The notes under the pieces were generated by a model. That model had not been told where the DNA came from and did not search any database. It worked only from the letters and a program-made list of their open reading frames with translations. Below, one piece after another: positions 18,906 through 26,618 of a stretch of 64,000 nt of DNA. Both the position numbers and the translations under genes were made by a program. The first letter of the stretch is position 1, and each line of letters starts with the position of its first letter. Source of the stretch: Clostridiales bacterium (GTDB taxonomy: Bacteria > Bacillota > Desulfotomaculia > Desulfotomaculales > VENG01); assembly GCA_016278505.1 (NCBI GenBank), contig JADQBQ010000017.1, positions 37,357 through 101,356 on the forward strand, written 5' to 3'.

Positions 18906-18933
18906 ATTATAATATAAATTCATAGCAAGTCAA
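18906..18933 (-). promoter_or_regulatory. sigma-A-type promoter for rbr-fprA
   Basis: On the minus strand: TTGACT, 16 nt, TATAAT. The PerR-like box follows 10 nt downstream. Confidence 0.5.
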
Positions 18934-19021
18934 TAGCATTACCAGTTTTTTTTATTACAATTTTACCTTCATACTATATGTAATTTGATTAAAGAATATA
19001 ATTTAACACCAGGATGACAAT

Positions 19022-19057
19022 AACTCAACAAAAGTGCCTGGCACCGTATGTTGAGTT
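19022..19057. repeat. small palindromic repeat (family F), copy 1
   Basis: aactcaacaaaagtgcctggcaccgtatgttgagtt matches the reverse complement of 49132..49172 (aataagtcaacaatcgtgcctggcacttttgttgacttatt). Confidence 0.7.
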
Positions 19058-19087
19058 AAAAAACCGAGCCGGTGTTAGCGGCTCGGT
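19058..19087 (-). terminator. intrinsic terminator of the ABC/aminotransferase/dehydrogenase operon
   Basis: accgagccg-ctaacac-cggctcggt hairpin followed by T6 on the minus strand, immediately after the TAA at 19088. Confidence 0.75.
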
Positions 19088-19879
19088 TTAGACTATATTA
19101 GCGGCTTTTATGCTTTCCTGTCTTATTAATTCCAACGCATGTCTTTTATAGGCCAGGAATTCCGGTTTATCCTTTATTTCATAATTCCGCGAGCGAGGTA
19201 AGTCAACCTTAATCTTTTCCTTGATACGGCCAGGTCTAGCTGTCATCACGTAAATAGTATCCCCAAGGAAAATGGCCTCTTCTACATCGTGGGTGACGAA
19301 CATTATCGTTTTCCGGGTTTCTTCCCATACATTGAGCAACAATTCCTGCATCAGGGTCCTTGTTTGGGCATCCAAAGCCCCAAAGGGCTCATCCATTAAC
19401 AATACTTCGGGTTCGTTGGCGAGGGCCCTAGCAATGGCTACCCGCTGCTTCATGCCACCACTCAGGTTCACCGGATAAACATTTTCGAACCCTGATAAAC
19501 CAATAAGTTCAAGGTAACGCCTGGCTTCCTTTTCCCTGGCATCCTTACCATTTTTTTTCAATTCCAGTCCAAATTCTATGTTTTTTTGCACGGTCAACCA
19601 CGGGAACAAAGTATAAGATTGAAAGACCATACCCCTTTCTGGCCCCGGTGATGTTATCATTTTCCCGTCCAGCAGAACTTTCCCGGAAGAAGGTGCAACC
19701 AGCCCGGCAACTACCCTCAATATTGTGGATTTACCACAGCCGGAAGGGCCTAATATAGTCACAAACTCCCCTTCCCGCACATCAAAAGTAGTCTCCTGCA
19801 GCGCGGTTACGTCCGTTTTCTTGGTCTTAAAGGTTTTAGAAACTGACTTTATTACTAATTTATTATCAGTACCGCTCAT
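19088..19879 (-). CDS. ABC transporter ATP-binding protein (nitrate/sulfonate/taurine NitT/TauT family)
   Basis: Walker A GPSGCGKST, signature LSGGMKQR, Walker B LLMDEPF. The ATG at 19879 (RBS ggaggg) overlaps the permease stop as TAATG. The ORF track extends to 19903. Confidence 0.9.
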   Translation of the reverse strand: MSGTDNKLVIKSVSKTFKTKKTDVTALQETTFDVREGEFVTILGPSGCGKSTILRVVAGLVAPSSGKVLLDGKMITSPGPERGMVFQSYTLFPWLTVQKNIEFGLELKKNGKDAREKEARRYLELIGLSGFENVYPVNLSGGMKQRVAIARALANEPEVLLMDEPFGALDAQTRTLMQELLLNVWEETRKTIMFVTHDVEEAIFLGDTIYVMTARPGRIKEKIKVDLPRSRNYEIKDKPEFLAYKRHALELIRQESIKAANIV

Positions 19880-20685
19880 TAAGTTCCCTCCTTGGTTAAC
19901 CACGGGAACATAACCCTATAAAGTATTTTAAAAAACAGGTCTGTAAACATGCCCAGGAGACCTATTACCAGGATGCCCACAAATATAACATCGGTATGTA
20001 AAAAGCGGCCGGCCTGAATAATCACATAACCCAAACCTGAATTAGCTCCCACCAGTTCAGCAACTATAAGATATGTCCACGCCCAGCCAAAACTGATGCG
20101 CAGTGTATCTATTATGCCGGGGAGTGAAGCAGGTAAGATAACCTTTTTAAAAGTATTGAGTTGTTTAGCCCCCAAAGTATAAGAGACCTCTACAAGTTCT
20201 CCCGATACATTTTTGGCCACATCCATAACCATCAAAGTTTGTTGAAAGAAAGTTCCCCAAAAAATAACCGTAATTTTTTCTGCTTCCCCGAGACCAATCC
20301 ATAAAATGAACAGGGGAATGAAAGCCGATGCCGGCATATAACGCACCGCCCCCATCAAGGGCTCAAAAAAGGCCCGCACTGAAGATAGCCTACCCATAAA
20401 CATACCCAGTGGCACCGCAATAATCGCAGAAAGACAGAAACCGACCGCTACCCTGGCGGTACTGATAAAAGCATGATGTAAAAGGTTGTCTCCTGCCGGG
20501 TCAGAAATCATTTGATAGGCTGTTTCAATAACTTGTACAGGGGTGGGTAAAAAAATATTTGATACCAGGCCTGAATATGCCAGTGCAGACCACGCCATCA
20601 ATATCAATGCAAAATTGATTATACCCAGGTAGCCATATTTTTCAGTTGTACCTTTTTTTAATGTATTCCTGATCGGTCCTTTCAT
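19879..20685 (-). CDS. ABC transporter permease (SsuC/TauC-like)
   Basis: 268 aa with about 6 TM helices and a BPD-type EAA-like loop. Translationally coupled to the ATPase gene. Confidence 0.85.
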   Translation of the reverse strand: MKGPIRNTLKKGTTEKYGYLGIINFALILMAWSALAYSGLVSNIFLPTPVQVIETAYQMISDPAGDNLLHHAFISTARVAVGFCLSAIIAVPLGMFMGRLSSVRAFFEPLMGAVRYMPASAFIPLFILWIGLGEAEKITVIFWGTFFQQTLMVMDVAKNVSGELVEVSYTLGAKQLNTFKKVILPASLPGIIDTLRISFGWAWTYLIVAELVGANSGLGYVIIQAGRFLHTDVIFVGILVIGLLGMFTDLFFKILYRVMFPWLTKEGT

Positions 20686-20765
20686 ACTTTCCCCCTCAAA
20701 AAAAAGGAAGTCGGTCCTTCATCCCGTCTCCAAAGGGGGGACATGCCCCCCTTGACAACCCACAA

Positions 20766-21782
20766 CTATTTGGAAACACTCTCCAGGTAGCTGCTGTCAA
20801 TCATTTTTGCCGTGTCCGGTCTTGCACTGATAATACCTTTTTCCACGTAAAAATCAGCAGCCCTGTTTAATGTTTCCTTAATGTCACCTTTAAAAAGTTG
20901 AATATTTTCCTGGTAATTGTACAGCTTTATCCCGTTAAGAAAATTTTCTGTTTCCATGCTTAAGCCCTCAGCCATAATTTTGACTGCTTCCTCCTGGTTC
21001 TCCTCATAATAGTCCATGGCCTTAACCAGGCCATTCACCATAGCCTGCATTTCTTCCGGATGAGTGTCGGCAAAATCCTTGCGGAATGCCAGTGCATCCA
21101 AAATCAGACCCGGTGTTTCCTTGGACGTAATTAATAAATGGCCGTTCCCTTCCTCTACTCCCTTGGTCAGCCAGGGTTCCCAGGTTACTGCTGCATCTAC
21201 ATTTCCTGCCACAAAAGCAGCACCGGCATCCCCGGAGGAACTAACCGGGACTATGTTTATATCGTCTTCTCCAAGGCCCGCCTTTTCCAGGGCCGTGAGC
21301 AGGAAAATGTGGCTGGTGGTACCCACATCAAGGGCCACACTCTTTCCTTTCATATCGGCCAATTCTTTTATATCATTGGAAGCTAAGATACCGTCCCCAC
21401 CGTAAGAGGTGTCCAGGGCCCAAATAATGGATACCGGGACTCCTGCATCTTCTAATGTGGCTTCAATGTCCAGCGTAGTAGCCATGCCGTCCACCTTGTT
21501 ACCCGCGAGTGCCTGCTTGCGCTCCGCAAGGCCCTGGATAATTGTAATTTCCACATCCTCCAGACCTTCTTCTGCAAAAAACCCTTTATCCCGGGCCAGG
21601 AAAAGCGGGCCGTATCCGGGCCACGTAGTCAAAGTAATGCTAACCTTGTCCAACTTTTGTCCATCTTCACCGCTTTGATTGTTTTCCGCATCAGGTTCTT
21701 CTCCGCCTCCACAGCCGGTAAGGGAAATTATTAACCCTAAAACCAGCATGAGAACAAGAACTTTAAGAGCACGCCCCCTCAA
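20766..21782 (-). CDS. ABC transporter substrate-binding lipoprotein (NMT1/THI5-SsuA/TauA-like)
   Basis: 338 aa with a signal peptide and lipobox LTGC. Periplasmic-binding fold of the NitT/TauT family. Substrate unknown. Confidence 0.8.
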   Translation of the reverse strand: MRGRALKVLVLMLVLGLIISLTGCGGGEEPDAENNQSGEDGQKLDKVSITLTTWPGYGPLFLARDKGFFAEEGLEDVEITIIQGLAERKQALAGNKVDGMATTLDIEATLEDAGVPVSIIWALDTSYGGDGILASNDIKELADMKGKSVALDVGTTSHIFLLTALEKAGLGEDDINIVPVSSSGDAGAAFVAGNVDAAVTWEPWLTKGVEEGNGHLLITSKETPGLILDALAFRKDFADTHPEEMQAMVNGLVKAMDYYEENQEEAVKIMAEGLSMETENFLNGIKLYNYQENIQLFKGDIKETLNRAADFYVEKGIISARPDTAKMIDSSYLESVSK

Positions 21783-21877
21783 AAAAACATACCTCCCAAT
21801 CAGTTAATAATTTATCTTGTTAAAGTGTTCGACGCAAAACGACATTCCCCTGCCAGCTGAAGGGAAATTGTAAATTT

Positions 21878-22993
21878 TTATACAACTACTCCCATTATTT
21901 CCCGCAGAGCACTGATAAACTCCCGGTTGGCTTCCTGGCTCCCAACACTTACACGCATAAAACCAGGCGCCCCGAATTGAGCACCAGGTCTGACTACAAT
22001 ACCCCGCTGAACTAATTTTTCATAGATTATACCGGCTTCACAACCGGTATTTATAAAGAGAAAATTGGCACAAGACGGCACGAAGTTCATACCCATACGA
22101 TTAATTTCTTCCTCCAAATATTGCCGCTGGGCATCGTTTATACTGCGCATATCTTCCACATATTTCCTATCCCTTAATGCCGCCAGCGCACCTGCCTGGG
22201 CTAATCCGTTTACATTAAAAGGTGGCCTTACCTTGTGCACGACACAGACTGTTTCTTTGCCGGCAATTAAGTAACCTACTCTGGCCCCGGCCAGGCCATA
22301 TATCTTGGAAAAAGTGCGAATAACCCCTATGTTCGGAAATTCATTGATAAGATTGATTGCCGTTAATCTCTTCGGGTTCGGTGTAAATTCCATATAGGCT
22401 TCATCAAACATTACTATCACATGCGAAGGGATTTTACTTAAAAACCTTTGTACTTTTGCGGGTTCAAGCATTGTACCGGTGGGATTATTGGGATTGCAAA
22501 TATATATCAACTTAACTTTATCGTCAACTTCGGACAGCATAGCGTCCAAATCCACCGTATAATCAAGCAGCGGCACGGGCATCGGCTCTGCACCCACCAT
22601 ACGGGCTGCCACGGCGTAAGCACCGAAAGAAGGGGACGGAAAAATGACCCTGTCCCCAGGGCCGGCAAAAGTCTGCGCCACTAAGTTTATCATTTCATCG
22701 GCCCCATTACTTAAAAGTAAATTCGTATTTTCAACACCGAATTCCCCGGCCAGTGCTCCTGAAAGTTCTACACTGTAAGAAGAAGGATAGAAATTCACTT
22801 TGTCAGCGGCCTCTCGCATAGCTTTTACCGCAGCCGACGAAGGGCCGTTAAAATTCTCATTAAATGACAATTTATATACATTATCCAGTCCTAGTCTCTC
22901 TTTTATTTCCCCCACCGATAAATCCGGTAATTCCTGTGGAAAAGGCTTTATTTGCTTTATGTTGGGCCTAACCGATTCTTGTATAGATTTCAT
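21878..22993 (-). CDS. histidinol-phosphate-aminotransferase-family (class II) PLP aminotransferase
   Basis: 371 aa. Motifs LSFNEN..GPS, NPNNPTG and RTFSKIYGLAGARVGY (PLP lysine). It is not in a his operon, so the physiological substrate is uncertain. Confidence 0.8.
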   Translation of the reverse strand: MKSIQESVRPNIKQIKPFPQELPDLSVGEIKERLGLDNVYKLSFNENFNGPSSAAVKAMREAADKVNFYPSSYSVELSGALAGEFGVENTNLLLSNGADEMINLVAQTFAGPGDRVIFPSPSFGAYAVAARMVGAEPMPVPLLDYTVDLDAMLSEVDDKVKLIYICNPNNPTGTMLEPAKVQRFLSKIPSHVIVMFDEAYMEFTPNPKRLTAINLINEFPNIGVIRTFSKIYGLAGARVGYLIAGKETVCVVHKVRPPFNVNGLAQAGALAALRDRKYVEDMRSINDAQRQYLEEEINRMGMNFVPSCANFLFINTGCEAGIIYEKLVQRGIVVRPGAQFGAPGFMRVSVGSQEANREFISALREIMGVVV

Positions 22994-23036
22994 TTGTAAT
23001 ATCCTTTCAACCGGTAATGATTATGCAACGAAAAAC

Positions 23037-24119
23037 TTATCCTAAACATGTACGGCCTACTTTGTCAGCGGCAAGAATAGCTTTCTCCACCATGCCCGGA
23101 GTCACTTTAAAGGGCATGTTGTTCATGTCTTCCGCGTCTACTGCTCCTTTTCCCACCAGGGCTAACTCTTTTTCCGACGGATCAATTACCCCCAGTTGCT
23201 TTAAAGTAACCGGAAGCCCCATGGGAACGAGCCTTGCAGCCAAATCTTGAGCATCGTGTAAACGCTCTTCCAACATCAGTTGGCCGAGAATGCCAAAAGC
23301 GACCGTTTCACCATGATACATTTGGTGCACATGGGGAAGATAGGTTAGCCCCGAATATATGGCATGGGCACCGGCAGTTCGGCATTGATCCCCGCCCAAA
23401 CCACTGACCATGCCGCTTAACATGATGATTGCGTCAATTACCTGATCCAGCGCAAAAGAAACCGTTTTATTTTGAACACTGTGCACCGCATCTTCTCCAT
23501 GCTCCAACAAAACCTGCCGACACAGCAGAGCTGTTTCCCTGGCGGCAAAAATTACAGCACTTTTTAAATTGCGTGAGGTGGTATCCACTTCATACCATTT
23601 GGCCAGGGTGTCTCCCACTCCGGCTGCCAACAGCCGCACCGGGGCTGCCGCAATAGTGGATGAATCCACCAGTACAGCCGCAGGAGTTTGGGCCTGGGGG
23701 GATAACTCCATAAATACACCTTCATCCGTATATGTAACCGAGAGAGGAGTCCAGGGTGCACATGTAGCAGCAATGGTGGGTACGGTAATCACAGGCTTGT
23801 CCAGTTGAAAGGCAACAGCCTTGGCTGTGTCCAGCGCCTTACCGCCTCCAACACCTATTATTATGTTTGTGCTGCTATCAATTTCCCGCACCAGGCTTTG
23901 AACATTGGACGGAGAGCATTCCCCCCCGTACCAGTGCACACCGCTCACGTTAATCCCTTTTGTCCTGCACCCACTTAAGATCCGGTCCTTGGCTACGGCC
24001 AGAGCAGTGTTGCCACCTACCAGTGCCACTACATTACCTTCTCCGCCGCAGTAATCGCCCACCCGGCCTAAAATCCCCGGCTCTCTCACATAGATACCAG
24101 GGGAAATTTTTCTATGCAT
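23037..24119 (-). CDS. iron-containing alcohol dehydrogenase family, glycerol-dehydrogenase-like
   Basis: 360 aa. GGGKALDTAKAVA nucleotide-binding motif, PTIAATCAPWTP, and His-rich metal site (H..Y.....HG). Confidence 0.8.
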   Translation of the reverse strand: MHRKISPGIYVREPGILGRVGDYCGGEGNVVALVGGNTALAVAKDRILSGCRTKGINVSGVHWYGGECSPSNVQSLVREIDSSTNIIIGVGGGKALDTAKAVAFQLDKPVITVPTIAATCAPWTPLSVTYTDEGVFMELSPQAQTPAAVLVDSSTIAAAPVRLLAAGVGDTLAKWYEVDTTSRNLKSAVIFAARETALLCRQVLLEHGEDAVHSVQNKTVSFALDQVIDAIIMLSGMVSGLGGDQCRTAGAHAIYSGLTYLPHVHQMYHGETVAFGILGQLMLEERLHDAQDLAARLVPMGLPVTLKQLGVIDPSEKELALVGKGAVDAEDMNNMPFKVTPGMVEKAILAADKVGRTCLG

Positions 24120-24209
24120 AAATTTGACCTCCCAAGTTGATCTTTATCTATGGTCTATCTCACCATAATTCGACACCGCATAAACCATTCCTTCCATCTA
24201 CCAATCCAT

Positions 24210-25841
24210 CTACCAATCAAGGTTATAAATTAGTATGAGTCTACTTTCATCCTGCTCCATGGCATGCAGATGCTTACCGGATAACATTTGCAAACTATGC
24301 TTGCCCCATATATTTTGGTGTATTGTATCACCCTTTTCCAGGACAATAATCTTTTTCATATAGTTCTCCAGCAATACTCGATCGACATCTTCCGTATTTA
24401 ACAATTCCGCGCTCAAAGTATTCAATAACTCGTTAACATCTGTATCTTTGGACACAGTGGTTGCTTGGTCGTATTGCTTTTGTATACGGTGTTTTAACAG
24501 CCCTATTTCGCCTTTTATAGCATCAACTGCCGCCAAATAAATCTGCTCTGAAATTATTCCCCGCACCCTATCCATGTAGGCAATCTGCAGTTGCCGGTTT
24601 CGCCGGGCAACCTCATTTTCTATTCGTTCAATGTTTGTATCTGAATTCTTTAGCCCACTGCTTTCTTGCCGGTATTTTTCGATTAACTGTTGCTGAAAGG
24701 AAATACCTTTTGCCATGTACTTAATGTCTCTAATTATATAGTCAGCCAGTGTTTTTTCATTAATATAATGGCTGGAGCAACCTTTCCGGCCAAACCTGTT
24801 GTACTGCCCACAAATATAACCCGCCGCCCCGCTTCTTTTCTTGCGGTATGTATGATTGCTTCCACAGGCTGCGCAAACTAAAAAACCGGTAAAAAGGTGA
24901 GGCTCGGCCTGGCCCTTCCTTTTCCTTCCCTGACCTTCCCGGCATCTTTTTTCCCGTATCTGCTGGGCAAGGGCAAAAGTTTCCCGGCTAATCACAGGTT
25001 GGTGAGTATCTGCAACCACAATCCACCTTTCACTGTCAAGTCGCCTGGTTTTCTTGGATTTAAAAGAAACCTTTTCACTCACCCCCTGCACAGTATCTCC
25101 GCAGTATACCCTATTCTTAATGATGCGGCGGATGTGCTGTTCGTTCCACCTCCTGGCCTGAGCAGCACCGGCATAACCTTTGTCCTGACTTGGCGTGGGG
25201 ATACCCATACTCTGAACATATTCAGCTAGGGCCCTATAACCCCACCCGCTTATATATAAGTCAAATATTTCACCAATAATATCTTTATAACGCTCATCCA
25301 CTACAAGTTTATTTTTCTGCTGCCCCGATTTTAAATAACCAAAAGGGGGTCGCCCTAAAAATTGCCCGTTTTGCATCTTCTTTCTTAAATTATAACGCAC
25401 CTTTTTTGATATATCCCGTGCATAATGCTCATTGACCCAGGTTCTAATGCCAATAGTGTCATCATCATCTCTAAAACTGTCATAATTATCTCCCAGTGCA
25501 ATTAATCGAATATCCTTTTCTCTTAAAAAATCTAAGAATGTTAGCGTTTCCCCGTTATTTCTCCCCAACCGGGATAAATCCTTCACGAGAACAGTATTAA
25601 CGCTGCCTTCATTGATGTCTTTTACCAACTGTATCAATCCCGGCCGGTCAAAACAGGTACCCGATATATCACTGTCCACGTAAAAGCCAAAAGCCCCCAG
25701 TTCATATTGCTCTACGAAACTTTGAAGCAATTGGCATTGTGTTTCCAAACTTTCATCTCTCTCACCATTTTCGTTCACGCTCAGCCGGGCATATATAGCC
25801 ACCCTGCCGCTGTTATCCACGGAACTCTCGTTGAAGGTCAT
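24210..25841 (-). CDS. large serine recombinase (SpoIVCA/CisA/SprA-like)
   Basis: 543 aa. N-terminal resolvase catalytic domain (VAIYARLSV with the nucleophile Ser, plus VLVKDLSRLGRN), a recombinase domain, a Cys-rich zinc ribbon (CAACGS...YICGQYNRFGRKGCSSH) and a C-terminal coiled coil. Confidence 0.95.
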   Translation of the reverse strand: MTFNESSVDNSGRVAIYARLSVNENGERDESLETQCQLLQSFVEQYELGAFGFYVDSDISGTCFDRPGLIQLVKDINEGSVNTVLVKDLSRLGRNNGETLTFLDFLREKDIRLIALGDNYDSFRDDDDTIGIRTWVNEHYARDISKKVRYNLRKKMQNGQFLGRPPFGYLKSGQQKNKLVVDERYKDIIGEIFDLYISGWGYRALAEYVQSMGIPTPSQDKGYAGAAQARRWNEQHIRRIIKNRVYCGDTVQGVSEKVSFKSKKTRRLDSERWIVVADTHQPVISRETFALAQQIREKRCREGQGRKRKGQAEPHLFTGFLVCAACGSNHTYRKKRSGAAGYICGQYNRFGRKGCSSHYINEKTLADYIIRDIKYMAKGISFQQQLIEKYRQESSGLKNSDTNIERIENEVARRNRQLQIAYMDRVRGIISEQIYLAAVDAIKGEIGLLKHRIQKQYDQATTVSKDTDVNELLNTLSAELLNTEDVDRVLLENYMKKIIVLEKGDTIHQNIWGKHSLQMLSGKHLHAMEQDESRLILIYNLDW

Positions 25842-25870
25842 GTTAAAACCTCCCTGGCCAGCTAACTGTT

Positions 25871-25990
25871 TTAATCTTCCCTACCAATTTTCTCTATTAG
25901 CTTTTTATACATTAAGAATACAATCATATCTTGGACTTTGTTATCTCCGGCTAAAATTATTACATGCCCACCCTTTTGAATAACTTGCAC
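25871..25990 (-). CDS. 39-aa ORF immediately upstream of the recombinase gene, below the ORF-track cutoff
   Basis: GTG start preceded by GGAGGTG at 6-nt spacing. Sequence VQVIQKGGHVIILAGDNKVQDMIVFLMYKKLIEKIGRED. The stop lies 29 nt before the recombinase ATG. No recognisable homology by eye. Confidence 0.3.
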   Translation of the reverse strand: MQVIQKGGHVIILAGDNKVQDMIVFLMYKKLIEKIGRED

Positions 25991-26075
25991 CTAAAACACC
26001 TCCATCATAATATATGCCTGCCGGAACAGAGTCATATATTGTCCACTGTACTTTTGTGAAGGTAAATAGTGACGT

Positions 26076-26555
26076 TTATAAGTTCAGTATAGAGTCGTAA
26101 GGGCCGGGCTGTAATATGGGATCGCCTATTTTAGCACGACCATCCTGCCCGTTGGAGCCGTTTGCTAAAATATGATTATTGGAAAGAATTAATGAATTGC
26201 CGGTTTCAATATCCTTTACCACTGCACCAAAAGTTCCGGCGGAAATTTTATAATGTCCGATACTTACCCCGGGATGGGCAGGGCGGTGACGTTCCTGCCT
26301 TGTGCCCAAGAGCCTGACCTTCCCTATTTCAATAACATCGGTTTCAAAACCGCTTACCTTTTTAGGTACTATTTCAGTTCTGGAGAGATTCTCCTTCTTT
26401 TCCTTTTTTTCCACAAACACTATCAAAGCAGGACTGTCGGTACGCTGCATATTCCGGTGTTTTAAACCTATACCTAAACCGCAAACATTAGGGAATGTTA
26501 TTAGCCTGGATCTGTGTTTTTGCAATGCTTTATAGAATTTATCGAAATTATCCAT
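26076..26555 (-). pseudogene. N-terminal segment of the interrupted trypsin-fold serine protease gene
   Basis: 159-aa ORF with RBS aaggaggggg. It contains the catalytic His context LILSNNHILANG. After ...ILQPGPYD (the core) it runs only 5 codons (SILNL*) into the element. Confidence 0.85.
26094..26108. repeat. 15-bp direct repeat / putative attachment-site core (right junction)
   Basis: GTCGTAAGGGCCGGG is identical to 16581..16595. Confidence 0.85.
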
Positions 26556-26618
26556 AAAACCCCCTCCTTATTATCTTCAAGCCATCATATGCATCCGGGG
26601 AAGAAACGGTTACCTGTC

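Larger units (their letters stand above)
16581..26108. mobile_element. 9.5-kb recombinase-bearing intervening/integrative element inside a serine protease gene
   Basis: Bounded by a perfect 15-bp direct repeat. A large serine recombinase gene lies about 250 bp inside the right end. The flanking ORF fragments join in frame if one repeat plus 9,513 bp is removed. Cargo is fprA, rubrerythrin, an ABC transporter, an aminotransferase and a dehydrogenase, with no phage genes. Confidence 0.8.

Noticed and set aside
16581-26108. Interpretation of the recombinase-bounded element as a prophage or prophage remnant
   Set aside because: No capsid, portal, terminase, tail, holin or repressor-like genes are present. 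All cargo genes have clear metabolic or stress functions, so it is reported as a non-phage intervening/integrative element.
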